From: Phyllobates terribilis | Taxonomy: Eukaryota | Length of the DNA: 64,000 nucleotides | Direction of reading: 5' to 3' | Assembly (NCBI RefSeq): GCF_046119375.1 | Contig: NW_027362770.1 | Location: 191,890,001 to 191,954,000, forward strand | Shown: positions 12,901 through 24,420 of the stretch, one piece after another | How positions within the stretch are numbered: the first letter of the stretch is position 1 | How the letters are laid out: each line of letters opens with the position of its first letter | Position numbers and translations under genes: made by a program | Notes under the pieces: model-generated | Seen by the model: the letters and a program-made list of their open reading frames with translations, nothing else | Told to the model about the DNA's origin: nothing | Database searches by the model: none

Positions 12901-15693
12901 GCAGCTGGGGGCTGGAATCCGCAGCGCAGGGAGGCCCAAGCTTTCTGAGCCACCCCCGCTGCAAATTGCAGTCCGCAGCCACCCCGGAAAATGGCGCGTT
13001 CATAGAAGCGCCATCTTCTGGCGCTGTACCCAACTCATCCAGGGCCCTGATGCGGTGGCTCACTGGGTAATAAAGGGGTTAGGGCCAGCTTGGCATTATC
13101 AGCTGGCCCTAAGCCCGAAATTCATGGGGTCACGCCAATATTAGACATGACCACCATGAATTTCTAGTAAAGTATTTAAAAAAAACACAACACCCAGAAA
13201 AAAGTCCTTTAATTGAAATAAACACACAATTCTTTATTGTTCTAAATTAAACCATACTTACCATCACGCCCATTCCAGCTGAAGCCAACGATCTCCTGAA
13301 ATAAAAGAAAAATAATAAAGCAACATCATCCTTACCTTTCCATGGTTCCCATGACAGCTTCAGCTCTGCTACATCGAGATGACAGGCTGGACCGCAGCAG
13401 AACGCTGCCATCCAGCCTGTCATCCCGCAGACACTGAGAAGCGCAGGCTTGCTTGCGCTCCACAGTGTCTCTCTGTGAGGGCATCCAGATGAGCCGAGTT
13501 AATGTCCAATGAACTCGGCTCACCTCATGCACGTCACTGACAGCGTGGGAAAATTCTCCTGCACTCAGCGCTTCAGCGGGAGAATTCTCACGCTGAAGCG
13601 CTGAGTGCAGGAGAATTCTCCCACGCTGTCAGTGACGTGCATAAGGTGAGCTCATGTCCAATGAACTCAGCTCACCTCCTGCACGTCACTGACAGCGTGG
13701 GAGAATTCTCCTGCACTCACCGCTTCAGCTTGAGAATTTTCCCACGCTGTCAGTGACGTGCATGAGGTGAGCCGAGTTCATTGGACATGAACTCGGCTCA
13801 TCTGGATGTCGTCACAGAGAGACGCTGAGCAGCGCAAGCAAGCCTGCGCTTCTCAGTGTCTGCGGGATGAGAGGCTGGATGGCAGCGTTCTGCTGCGGTC
13901 CAGCCTGTCATCTCGATGTAGCAGAGCTGAAGCTGTCGTGGGAACCATGGAAAGGTAAGGATGAGGTTGCTTTATTATTTTTCTTTTATTGCAGGAGATC
14001 GTTGGCTTCAGCTGGAATGGGCGTGACGGTAAGTATGGTTTAATTTAGAACAATAAAGGATTGTGTCTTTATTTCAATTAAAGGACTTTATTCTGGGTGT
14101 TTGTGTTTTTTTTAACTTTGACTATGGGGTTAGTAATGGGGGTGTCTTATAGACGCCTCTCCATTACTAACCTGGGCTTGATGTCAGCTGGCATTATAAG
14201 CTAACATCAACCCCAACCCTATTACCCCCTGCCACCGCACCAGGGCAGCGTGGAAGAGCGAGGCTAAGTGCCAGAATTGGCGCATCCTATGAATGCGCCA
14301 TTTCTGGGGCGGCTGACGGCTGGTGTTTCTAGCCTGGGAGGGGGCCAATATTCATGGCTCCCTTCCTGGGCTATTAATATCAGCCCCCAGCTGTCTGCCT
14401 AGCCTTTGCTAGCTATTAAATTAGGGGGGACCCCACGTCATTTCTTTTGGGGGGTCCCCCATTTTAATAGCTAGTAAAGGCTATGTATTCAGCTGGGGGC
14501 TGATATTAGTAGCCTGGGAAGCTCCGTGGGTATTACCCCCTTCCCAGGCTTCAAACATCTGCCCCAGCCGTCTGCTTAACCTCCGCTAGAGCCTAAAATT
14601 AAGGGGAACCCCACGCCAATTTTTTTAATAATAAATCCTTTATTTTAATACTAAATGACAAGTACAGTAACCAACACTATCACTGTACTTCATATATATG
14701 TGACTGACATGTTTCTATCTATCTAATCTATGTGTGAAGCTCTATTCTGTCTGTTATAAATTGTTGGGTACAGATGCTGAATTGCCGGCCGGCTTTTTTA
14801 AAGAGACGGTGCATGAAAACACTATTATTTTTTTTGATAAATCCTTTACGCTAAATGACAAGTACAGTAAGCAGCACTGTCGCTGTACTTCGTATATATG
14901 TGGCTGACATGTTTCTATCTATCTAATCTATGTATGATGCTCTATTCTGTCTGTTATAAATTGTCGGGTACCGCTGCTGAATTGCCGGCCGGCTTTTTTA
15001 AAGAGACAGTGCATGAAAACACTATTATTTTTTTAAATAAATCCTTTACACTAAATGACAAGTACAGTAATCAACACTGTCACTGCACTTCTTATATATG
15101 TGACTGACATGTTTCTATCTATCTAATCTATGTGTGATTCTCTATTCCTTCTATTCTAAATTGTTGGGTACCGCTGCTGAATTGCCGGCCGGCTTTTTTA
15201 AAGAGACGGTGCATGAAAACACTATTATTTTTTTTGATAAATCCTTTACGCTAAATGACAAGTACAGTAAGCAGCACTTTCACTGTACTTCGTATATATG
15301 TGGCTGACATGTTTATATCTATCTAATCTATGTGTGAAGCTCTATTCTTTCGGTTCTAAATTGTCGGGTACAGGTGTATGCCGCTGCTGAATTGCCGGCT
15401 TTTCATGTTTCACTGTTGGCACTGTTCCCATCGATTTGGGCAATCACTGTAATGCCACAACCACCATGGCTGTGGCATTGCAGTGAGTGGCAGACAATCC
15501 CTGCATGATTGGTGCTCTAAATAGCGCCAGACATGCAGGACACGCTTTTGGTGCACGAACAGTTATCGAACATAACCTCGAACAGCCGAATTTTTTGCAA
15601 ATCGTTCGGGTTCGTCGAACAACTCGAACACCGCCCAAAACAGCTCGAATTTGAGATTGGCGAACAGTTCAAGTCGAACACCGCTCATCTCTA
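9939..15693. mobile_element. Non-autonomous hAT element (5755 bp) built as a giant palindrome
   Basis: TAGTGTTGAGC / GCTCATCTCTA termini; 8-bp duplication GTCATCAC (9931-9938 and 15694-15701). Internal arms about 10170-12671 and 12673-15400 are reverse complements. Confidence 0.92.
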
Positions 15694-16147
15694 GTCATCA
15701 CCTCTGTAACCGGAAGTGCTCCTGCATTCAATCTTCAGTGCGCACAGGAGACTCGCAGGGACGGAGCAGTGTGAACCGAGAACCCCCTAAGGGGTATGCG
15801 GTTCACCTCAGGAGCCATAGCTCAACTGGACAGGTTGAGGGTCCCCTCGATTAGCGGGGTGCCGGCCTCTGGACCCACGGCAGGAGGAAGGGGAGAGATG
15901 TGAGGACCCCATCCCGATCCTCCTGTGCCCGACATCAGGAGCTTCTGCTTGACTGGAAACTGTAAGTTCACCTCTTCTGCGTCTGTCCCTGATAGGGACA
16001 GGAAACCACTTGTGTGTTCTTGTACCTATCAAGGATATGAAGAACGACCTCCTGAGGGCGCTGTCACACCCTGATTATGTATACGTCCCCCATCCTGGTA
16101 TATATGTCCATCATCCTGGCTCCATCTTGGTATATATAAGCCCCATA

Positions 16148-16248
16148 TACAGTTATATGAAAAGTTTGGGCACCCCTATTAATCTTAAGCTTAATGTTTT
16201 ATAAAAATTGGTGTTTTTGCAACAGCTATTTCAGTTTGATATATGTAA
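16148..16248 (+). mobile_element. Left-end fragment of a Tc1-like element, cut by the Helitron
   Basis: TACAGTTATATGAAAAGTTTGGGCACCCC is a typical Tc1 terminus; the sequence stops at the Helitron 3' end. Confidence 0.55.
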
Positions 16249-16649
16249 CTAGATGGTGGCCCGATTCGAATGCATCGGGTAATCTAGAATATGCATGCGG
16301 CTGACCGGGCGCGACTAAGCAGCGAAGCAGTGTTTAAATGGGTTGTGCACTACTTTAACTTAACCCCCCAATGTATGCCCCCGGGGCCCCTAATGAATTT
16401 TGTCATTACGTCATGTTGTCAATCCTGTTTGTGACAACATCGCTGATGACGCACAGCCAGCACGTAATTCTCCCGCCTGCTGTCGGATCTTGCTTCCGTT
16501 TACATCACGACTATTTGCGTCTGCAGCCAGGGGTCTGCTGTTCCGCGCACCACAGTGAATGACGGGCTGTGGGCGGGGTTATCCCTCATCGTGTCACATC
16601 CAGCATCCACAGCGCGGTCTGTCAATGTGGTTTGTATGGCTGCGTCATT

Positions 16650-18817
16650 CATAGAATCATAGAATCATAGAATGGTAGAGTTGGAAGGGACCTCCTGGGT
16701 CATCTGGTCCAACCCCCTGCTCAAAGCAGGATTCACTAGATCATCTCAGACAGATGTCTGTCCAGCCTCTGTGTGAAGACGTCCATTGAAGGGGAACTCA
16801 CCACCTCTCGTGGCAGCCTGTTCCACTCATTAATCACCCTAACTGTCAAAAAGTTTTTTCTAATATCTAATCTGTGTCTCCTCCCATTTAGTTTCATCCC
16901 ATTGCTTCTAGTCTTTCCTTGTGCAAATGAGAATAAAGATGATCCTTCTACAATGTGACAGCCCTTGACATATTTGTAGACAGCTATTAAGTCTCCTCTC
17001 AGTCTTCTTTTTTGCAAGCTAAACATTCCCAAATCCTGCAACCGTTCCTCATAGGACATGGTTTGCAGACCAGTCACCATTCTGGTCGATCTTCTCTGAA
17101 CTTGCTCCAGTTTGTCTATGTCTTTTTTAAAATGTGGTGCCCAAAACTGTACACAGTATTCCAGATGAGGTCTGACCAAAGAGGGGTAAAGACCGATAAT
17201 GACTTCACGTGATCTAGACTGTATGCTTCTGTTAATACATCTCAGAATTGTATTTGCCTTTTTTGCTGCTGCATCACACTGTTGACTCATGTTCAGTCTA
17301 TGATCTATTAGTATACCTAAGTCTTTTTCACATGTACTGTTGCTTAGCTCTATTCCTCCCATTCTGTATATGCTTTTTTCATTTTTATTGCCCAGATGTA
17401 GTACTTTGCATTTTTCCCTGTTAAAAACCATTCTGTTGTTTGCTGCCCACTGCTCCAGTTTATTTAGGTCTTTTTGAATCCTCTCTCTCTCTTCTCTAGT
17501 ATTAGCTATCCCTCCTAGCTTTGTGTCATCAGCAAATTTAATCAGTTTACCCTCAATTCCTTCATCTAAATCATTGATAAAGATGTTGAACAATACAGGT
17601 CCCAGGATGGAGCCCTGTGGTACTCCACTTGAGACATTCATCCAGCTGGATGTGAAGCCATTTACAACCACCCATTGAGTCCGATCACTAAGCCAGTTAT
17701 GAATCCACCTAACAGTTGCCTGGTCCATTGCATACTTGGTCATTTTTTCAATAAGGATGGTGTGAGATACTTTGTCAAATGCTTTGCTGAAGTCAAGATA
17801 TACTATATCTACAGCATTTCCCTGATCCACCCAGTCAGTGATTCTGTCATAGAAGGAAATTAAGTTAGTCTGACATGACTTGTTAGTTACAAACCCATGC
17901 TGACTCTGGTTAATCACTTCATTCTTATCCATGTACTTACATACATGTTGTTTAATAATTTGTTCAAAGATCTTTCCTGGTATAGAAGTCAGACTCACCG
18001 GCCTATAGTTCCCTGGGTCCACCTTCTTCCCCTTTTTGAAGATAGGAACAACATTTTCTCTTCTCCAGTCTTCTGGGACTTCTCCTGTTCTCCAAGAATT
18101 TTCAAAGATTATGGAGAGTGGTTCTAAAATTTCTTCTACGATCTCCTTCAGTACTCTGGGGTGTAATTCATCTGGACCTGGAGACTTGAACTCATTTATG
18201 TTAGCTAAATATTCCCTCACAATCTTTTTGTTTACAGATAACTTGGATTCCTCTATTCCTTTAAAAGGACAGTGAAGATCAGTTGATGTTACATTTTCTT
18301 TCTGAGAGAAAACAGATGCAAAATAGGAATTAAAAAGTTCGGCCTTCTCAACATCCTCTCTTACCATTTCTCCATTTGCATCCTGTAAAAATCCTATAGC
18401 ATCTTTGACTTTTCTTTTACTTTTGACATACCCCCAAAATCCTTTTTTATTGCTTTTGACATCTCTTGCAAGCCTTAATTCATTGTCAGCTTTAGCTAAC
18501 CTGATACGTGCCCTGCAGGATCTGCAGACTGCATTATAATCTTCTTTAGATATGCCTCCCTCTTTCCATTTAATAAACATTTCTTTCTTTCTTTTTAGCA
18601 TGTGTTTAAGTTCTGTGTTCATCCATCCTGGTTTCCTTAAATGCTTCCCATTCTTCCTACTTTTCGGGATTGTTAACGATTGTGCTTTGAGAATCTCATT
18701 TTTAAAAATTTCCCATCCTTCCTGGACATTTTTGTCCTTAAGGACATCCAGCCATTGGATCCCTCCTATTCTCTTTCTGAGTCTCTTAAAATCTGCCTTT
18801 CTAAAATCCTCTAATCC
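16650..18817 (-). mobile_element. 5'-truncated CR1 LINE
   Basis: 3' tail (ATTCTATG)n at 16650-16673; ORF2 RT open; upstream peptide DFRKADF..IPW..L. Confidence 0.95.
16736..18622 (-). CDS. CR1 ORF2 reverse transcriptase domain (endonuclease truncated)
   Basis: 628-aa open ORF: KSPGPD, NYRPVSLTS, YLDFSKAFDKV, GVPQGSILGP, KFADDTKL, C-terminal [11 protein letters not shown]. Confidence 0.93.
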   Translation of the reverse strand: MNTELKHMLKRKKEMFIKWKEGGISKEDYNAVCRSCRARIRLAKADNELRLARDVKSNKKGFWGYVKSKRKVKDAIGFLQDANGEMVREDVEKAELFNSYFASVFSQKENVTSTDLHCPFKGIEESKLSVNKKIVREYLANINEFKSPGPDELHPRVLKEIVEEILEPLSIIFENSWRTGEVPEDWRRENVVPIFKKGKKVDPGNYRPVSLTSIPGKIFEQIIKQHVCKYMDKNEVINQSQHGFVTNKSCQTNLISFYDRITDWVDQGNAVDIVYLDFSKAFDKVSHTILIEKMTKYAMDQATVRWIHNWLSDRTQWVVVNGFTSSWMNVSSGVPQGSILGPVLFNIFINDLDEGIEGKLIKFADDTKLGGIANTREERERIQKDLNKLEQWAANNRMVFNREKCKVLHLGNKNEKSIYRMGGIELSNSTCEKDLGILIDHRLNMSQQCDAAAKKANTILRCINRSIQSRSREVIIGLYPSLVRPHLEYCVQFWAPHFKKDIDKLEQVQRRSTRMVTGLQTMSYEERLQDLGMFSLQKRRLRGDLIAVYKYVKGCHIVEGSSLFSFAQGKTRSNGMKLNGRRHRLDIRKNFLTVRVINEWNRLPREVVSSPSMDVFTQRLDRHLSEMI

Positions 18818-19356
18818 TGGTTTGTATGGCTGACTTATCTTGGATTGTACGGCTTCCTCATCTTAGCTTGTATGGCCCCCTTATCCTGGTTTTGTATGAC
18901 CTACTCATTCCCCCATCTCTACAGCACAGTTAAAAAACTAAACCCTAATCCTCCCCTTGTTTCCTTTCTCTGCTCCAGCGCTGTCTGTCCTGTTTTCAGC
19001 AGCTCCTCGCAGGATGTGAGGCACAGCACGCGCTCTCAGATACTGCTGTGATTAGCTGCTGTCTGTAGATTCGCTGCTTTCCACGCCGGGACTAAGTGCG
19101 TGGAGAGGCACAAATCTGCATTCACTTTAGTAGCACATGCTGCAGATGCCGCTATGAAGATTTAACAATAATACAATGAAAACACAGAATAATACTTTAT
19201 TATTAACTATTATTGGTTATAGAACTTAATACAACTGAACAAAATTATTAAACAGATGATCAAAATATATAAACTATTCCATGAATCTGTAACAATATTT
19301 TACAATAAATCATCGGACAAAAGAAGTAAGACCCTAGAATATATTTCTTAACAATA

Positions 19357-21428
19357 TCAACCTAAAATATTTTTGTACACAACATTTTTGGTGAATACTT
19401 TTGGACTATCTCTAAGCAACTTTCCTTGTAAATGGGTATCCAAAACTTGCACCTTGACATTTGATCTCATTTTAACTCTTGAAAATGCAACATAGAGTTG
19501 TCCATGACCAAAAACGAGCTCTGGTAAATATATGCCAACACGTTGTAGAGTTTGACCTTGTGACTTGTTTATTGTCATGGCAAATGCTGGTTTTACTGGA
19601 AACTGTCGACGTCGAAGCCTAAATGGAAGACCGGTGTCTGAAAGACATAAATCAATGCGTGGAATGAACACTTCCTCTCCTTTTGCAGATCCAGTGATCA
19701 CTGTTGCTTGAATTATGTGAGAATGGAGTCCAGTAACAATAAGGCGAGTTCCATTACATAGAACATTTCTTGTATTTAGATTCCGCAGCAATATTACGAT
19801 TGCTCCAACTTTAAGTTGTAGTCTGTGGGATGGCATTCCTGATGGCGTAACACTATTTAAAAATTCAACTGGATAATGCTCTCGTTCATCTTCATTGTCG
19901 ACATCCACCGAATCATCACTTTTGTATAATTTATACTCTCCAGGCATTCTATCCATCACACGGGAATTTAGCAAAGCTACGTCATCGTTCTTGGGACAGA
20001 GAATTGCATAGGAAGAGGCCCTCTCAACACTGCTTTGGTAGTTCACATCTATTTCAACGCGTTGTCCAAAAACATCACTTACGATGCAGTCAGTGCGCAA
20101 CATGTCTTCTGGTATTTCAATAATGTCTTCTCCAAGGTTATATTCATTGCTCAGTTCACCATTACCAAGTTTAAGAAGCCAGTTGCTGTACTCTGGGTCA
20201 GAAGATCGCATGTTGTTAATTAGTTGGAGTTTATTAAACTCTTTCCAAAGGTCTGACATTTTTAAGGTTGACTCGATAATATTTGTTCTTGTTCCATTTG
20301 GTACAACTGGAAGGCATTGCCTAAAATCTCCGCCAAGGACAAAAACTTTACCTCCAAAAGGAATTTCATTTTTTTCAGCAATATTTGTAGTCATAACTTC
20401 ACGCAGAAGTCTGTCAATTAAGCTCAAAGCATATTTGGGTGCCATGGTGCACTCATCAAGTATCAAAAGATTTGCACTGTTCAACTGTTTTCCTGCAAAT
20501 GTGTCTTGTTTGATTCTGGAAACGGAGATTTCATTGACTGGAACTGGTATCCCAAAGAGTGAATGCATAGTGCGACCTCCTCTTAAAAGGTTTGCTGCAA
20601 TACCTGTTGTAGCCGATGGCAATACAACTTTTCCTAACCCTCTAACGTGATGCATTAAAACTTCATAGAGGTATGTTTTACCGCTGCCTCCAGGACCGTC
20701 AATAAAGAAACATTTTGGCGGTGGATCGGCTTGGTTTTGTACAGCGCTCACAATAGTGTCATATGCAATCATTTGTTCTTGATTTAAGGAGTTTTTCTTC
20801 TCTGTTGCCAACAATAATTCATAAGCTTTGTCATACTCTTGAATATGTGCAACTTGACTTGCAGACTGTGGCAAATTAAAGTCTGAAAACGTTTTTCCAT
20901 GCAGTAGTAGGATATTTTGGACATCTTGCATGACATAAGATTCGCAATTTTGACAATTTCCACTTTTGTTGTGAAGACGTAAGCAGTAATCTTCAATTAT
21001 ATGTTCTTTGAAATTTGTCCAAAGTTTATCCGGATTTGTAGGCGGTCCAAAGACACAAATGTAGGCAAACAATTCACGAAGTTTCTTAGTCATATGTAGG
21101 GTAACTGCGTCTTCTAAAGTAAGTGTCCACATAGTATCATCCAATAGAAGTCCTAAAGCCAAAGCTGCAGCTTTAAATGTATCGTTCAATACTCCATTAA
21201 CTGTTTTCAAATCTTCGTAACTTCTAGCTCCTTTGATATGCAGTAGTATCAGCCGAAGGCAATATCTTTCTTAATCCTTGACACTAACAGTATACATGCG
21301 TCCAATTATTCTGTTAAGTCCTCGTTGTCTTGGCTTCCAAGTTTTATTCCAAACGTAATGCTCTGGAATCTCTCGATACAAATACTGCCTTGCGTTTTTG
21401 TCACGTTGGTTCAGCAAAAACCATTCCA
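19357..21428 (-). pseudogene. Helitron PIF1-family helicase portion of RepHel
   Basis: FIDGPGGSGKT (Walker A), ILDECTM, GGDFRQCLPV, RRRQFPVKPAFAMTINKSQGQT, HGQLYVAFSRV. One stop near 21270. The frame joins the Rep part (..TSTL-MEWF..) once the 21433-24416 insert is removed. Confidence 0.92.
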
Positions 21429-21432
21429 TTAA

Positions 21433-24416
21433 CCCCTTAACAACTTTTGCCGTACTAATGCGCGTCTGTGCCCTGGGACTTAAGAGCCAGACCCGTATTA
21501 GTACGTCATGGCGATCGCGCGCGCACACAGGCTGTGCGGGCGCGATCGCCGCCGGGTGTCAGCTGATTGTCACAGCTGACACCCGGTACTATGTGCAGGG
21601 AGCGGTCCTGCACCGCTCCCAGCACATTAACCCCCGCGATGCTGCGATCGAAGTCGATCGAAATCGATCGCAGCATTGTGGGGGCAAGGGGAGGTGATCG
21701 CCGATACTCACCTCCTCTTCTGGCTTCCAGCGCAGTCTGCAAAGGCTTCGATGTCATGACAACATCCGGGTCACCAGACAGCAGGAAGATTGCTTGGACA
21801 TGCGCAGTGCATCTCCAAGCAATCTTCACACTGTGCATTTCTGACAGCTTGCATGGCACAGGGATGGTGCTGCATTCCTGTGCCATGCAGGCGATCAGAG
21901 AAAAAAAAGTGAAAGTCCCAGAGTGGGACAAAGTAATAAAGTGTATAAACTGTGTGAAAGTGGAAAAAAAAATAAAAAAAAAGTTTGCAAAAATATAAAA
22001 AAAAAATAAAAAAAATAATCCACCAAAAATAAAAATATAATGTACCCATCAATAAATATTATTGTAAAAAAAACAAAAAAAAAACAATAAAAGTACACAT
22101 ATTTGGTATCGCCGCGTCCGGAACAACCTGACCTATAAAACTGTCCCACTAGTTAACCCCTTCAGTGAACACGGTAAAAAAAAAAAGAAACAAAAAACAA
22201 TGCTTTATCACCATACCGCCAAACAAAAAGTGCTTCACAAATTGATTCATAAAAATGAAAAAGTGTTTTTTTTTTCACTTTTTCATTTTTACGAATCAAT
22301 TTGTGAAGCACCTGGGGGTTCCAAGTGCTCACTATGCATCTAGAAAGGTGCCTTGGGGGGTCTAGTTTCCAAAATGGGGTCACTTGTGGGGGAGCTCCAA
22401 AGTTTGGGCACAGAGGGGCTCTCCAAACGCAACGTGGTGTCCGCTAACAATTTGAGCCGATTTTCCATTCAATTTGTTAGCGGATATCATGTTGCATTTG
22501 GAGAGTCCCTGTGTGCCCAAACATTGGAGCTCCCCCACAAGTGACCCCATTTTGGAAACTAGACCCCCAAGGCACCTATCTAGATGCATAGTGAGCACTT
22601 GGAACCCCAGGTGCTTCACAAATTGATTCGTAAAAATGAAAAAGTGTTTTTTTTCACTTTTTCATTTTTACGAATCAATTTGTGAAGCACTTGGGGGTTC
22701 CAAGTGCTCACTATGCATCTATAAAGGTGCCTTGGGGGGTCTAGTTTCCAAAATGGGGTCACTTGTGGGGGAGCTCCAAAGTTTGGGCACAGAGGGGCTC
22801 TCCAAAAGCAATGTGGTGTCCGCTAACAATTTGAGCCGATTTTCCATTGAATTTGTTAGCGGATACCATGTTGCATTTAGAGAGTCCCTGTGTGCCCAAA
22901 CATTGGAGCTCCCCCACAAGTGACCCCATTTTGGAAACTAGACCCCCCAAGGCACCTATCTAGATGCATAGTGAGCACTTGGAACCCCTAGGTGCTTCAC
23001 AAATTGATTCGTAAAAATGAAAAAGTGTTTTTTTTTTCACTTTTTCATTTTTACGAATCAATTTGTGAAGCACCTGGGGGTTCCAAGTGCTCACTATGCA
23101 TCTATAAAGGTGCCTTGGGGGGTCTAGTTTCCAAAATGGGGTCACTTGTGGGGGAGCTCCAAAGTTTGGGCACAGAGGGGCTCTCCAAACGCAATGTGGT
23201 GTCCGCTAACAATTTGAGCCGATTTTCCATTCAATTTGTTAGCGGATACCATGTTGCATTTAGAGAGTCCCTGTGTGCCCAAACAATGGAGCTCCCCCAC
23301 AAGTGACCCCATTTTGAAAACTAGACCCCCCAAGGCACCTATCTAGATGCATAGTGAGCACTTGGAACCCCTAGGTGCTTCACAAATTGATTCGTAAAAA
23401 TGAAAAAGTGTTTTTTTTTTCACTTTTTCATTTTTACGAATCAATTTGTGAAGCACCTGGGGTTCCAAGTGCTCACTATGCATCTATAAAGGTGCCTTGG
23501 GGGGTCTAGTTTCCAAAATGGGGTCACTTGTGGGGGAGCTCCAAAGTTTGGGCACACAGGTGCTCTCCAAACACAACATGGCGTCCGCTAATTATTCAAG
23601 CAAATTTTACAATCAAAAAGTCAAATGGCGCTCCTTCCCTTCCGAGCCCTGCCGTGCGCCCAAACAGTGTTTTTTCCCCAAATATTGGGTATCAACGTGC
23701 CCAGAGGAAATTGCACAACAAATTTTGGGGTCCATTTTTTCTTGTTACCCCTGTGAAAATAAAAAAAATTGGGTCTAAAGTAACATTTTTGTGAAAAAAG
23801 TTAAATGTTCATTTTTTTCTTCCACATTCAAAAAATTCCTGTGAAGCACCTGAAGGGTTAATAAAGTTCTTGAATGTGGTTTTGAGCACCTTGAGGGGTG
23901 CAGTTTTTAGAATGGTGTCACTTTTGGGTATTTTCTGTCATAAAGACCTCTCCAAGTGACTTCAAATGTGATGTGGTCCCTAAAAAAATGGTTTTGTAAA
24001 TTTTGTTGGAAAAATGAGAAATCGCTGGTCAACTTTTAACCCTTATAGCTCCCTAACAAAAAAAAATTTTGGTTCCAAAATTGTGCTGATGTAAAGTAGA
24101 CATGTGGGAAATGTTATTTATTAACTCTTTTGTGTGACATATCGCTCTGATTTCAGGGCTTAAAAATTCTAATTTTGAAAATTGCAAAATTTTCAAAATT
24201 TTCGCCAAATTTCCATTTTTTTCACAAATAAACGCAAGTGATATCGAAGAAATTTTTCCACAATCATGAAGTACAATATGTCACGAAAAAACAATCTCAG
24301 AATCAGGGGGATCCGTTGAGGCGTTCCAGAGTAATTACCTCATAAAGTGACAGTGGTCAGAATTGTAAAAATTGGCCGGGTCATTAACGTGCAAACCACC
24401 CGCGGGGCTTAAGGGG
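21433..24416. mobile_element. Non-autonomous piggyBac-like element
   Basis: TTAA-CCCCTTAA ... TTAAGGGG-TTAA; TTAA duplicated at 21429-21432 and 24417-24420. Removing it restores the Helitron frame. No transposase. Confidence 0.85.
22220..23530. repeat. About 381-bp tandem unit, each made of two inverted half-units of about 190 bp
   Basis: GTGCTTCACAAATTGATTC recurs near 22230, 22611, 22992 and 23374. Near-identical peptides (MGGLVSKMGSLVGELQ..) read from both strands. Confidence 0.9.
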
Positions 24417-24420
24417 TTAA

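Noticed and set aside
22353-23794. Repeated MGGLVSKMGSLVGEL ORFs as a gene family
   Set aside because: Artefacts of the inverted tandem array.
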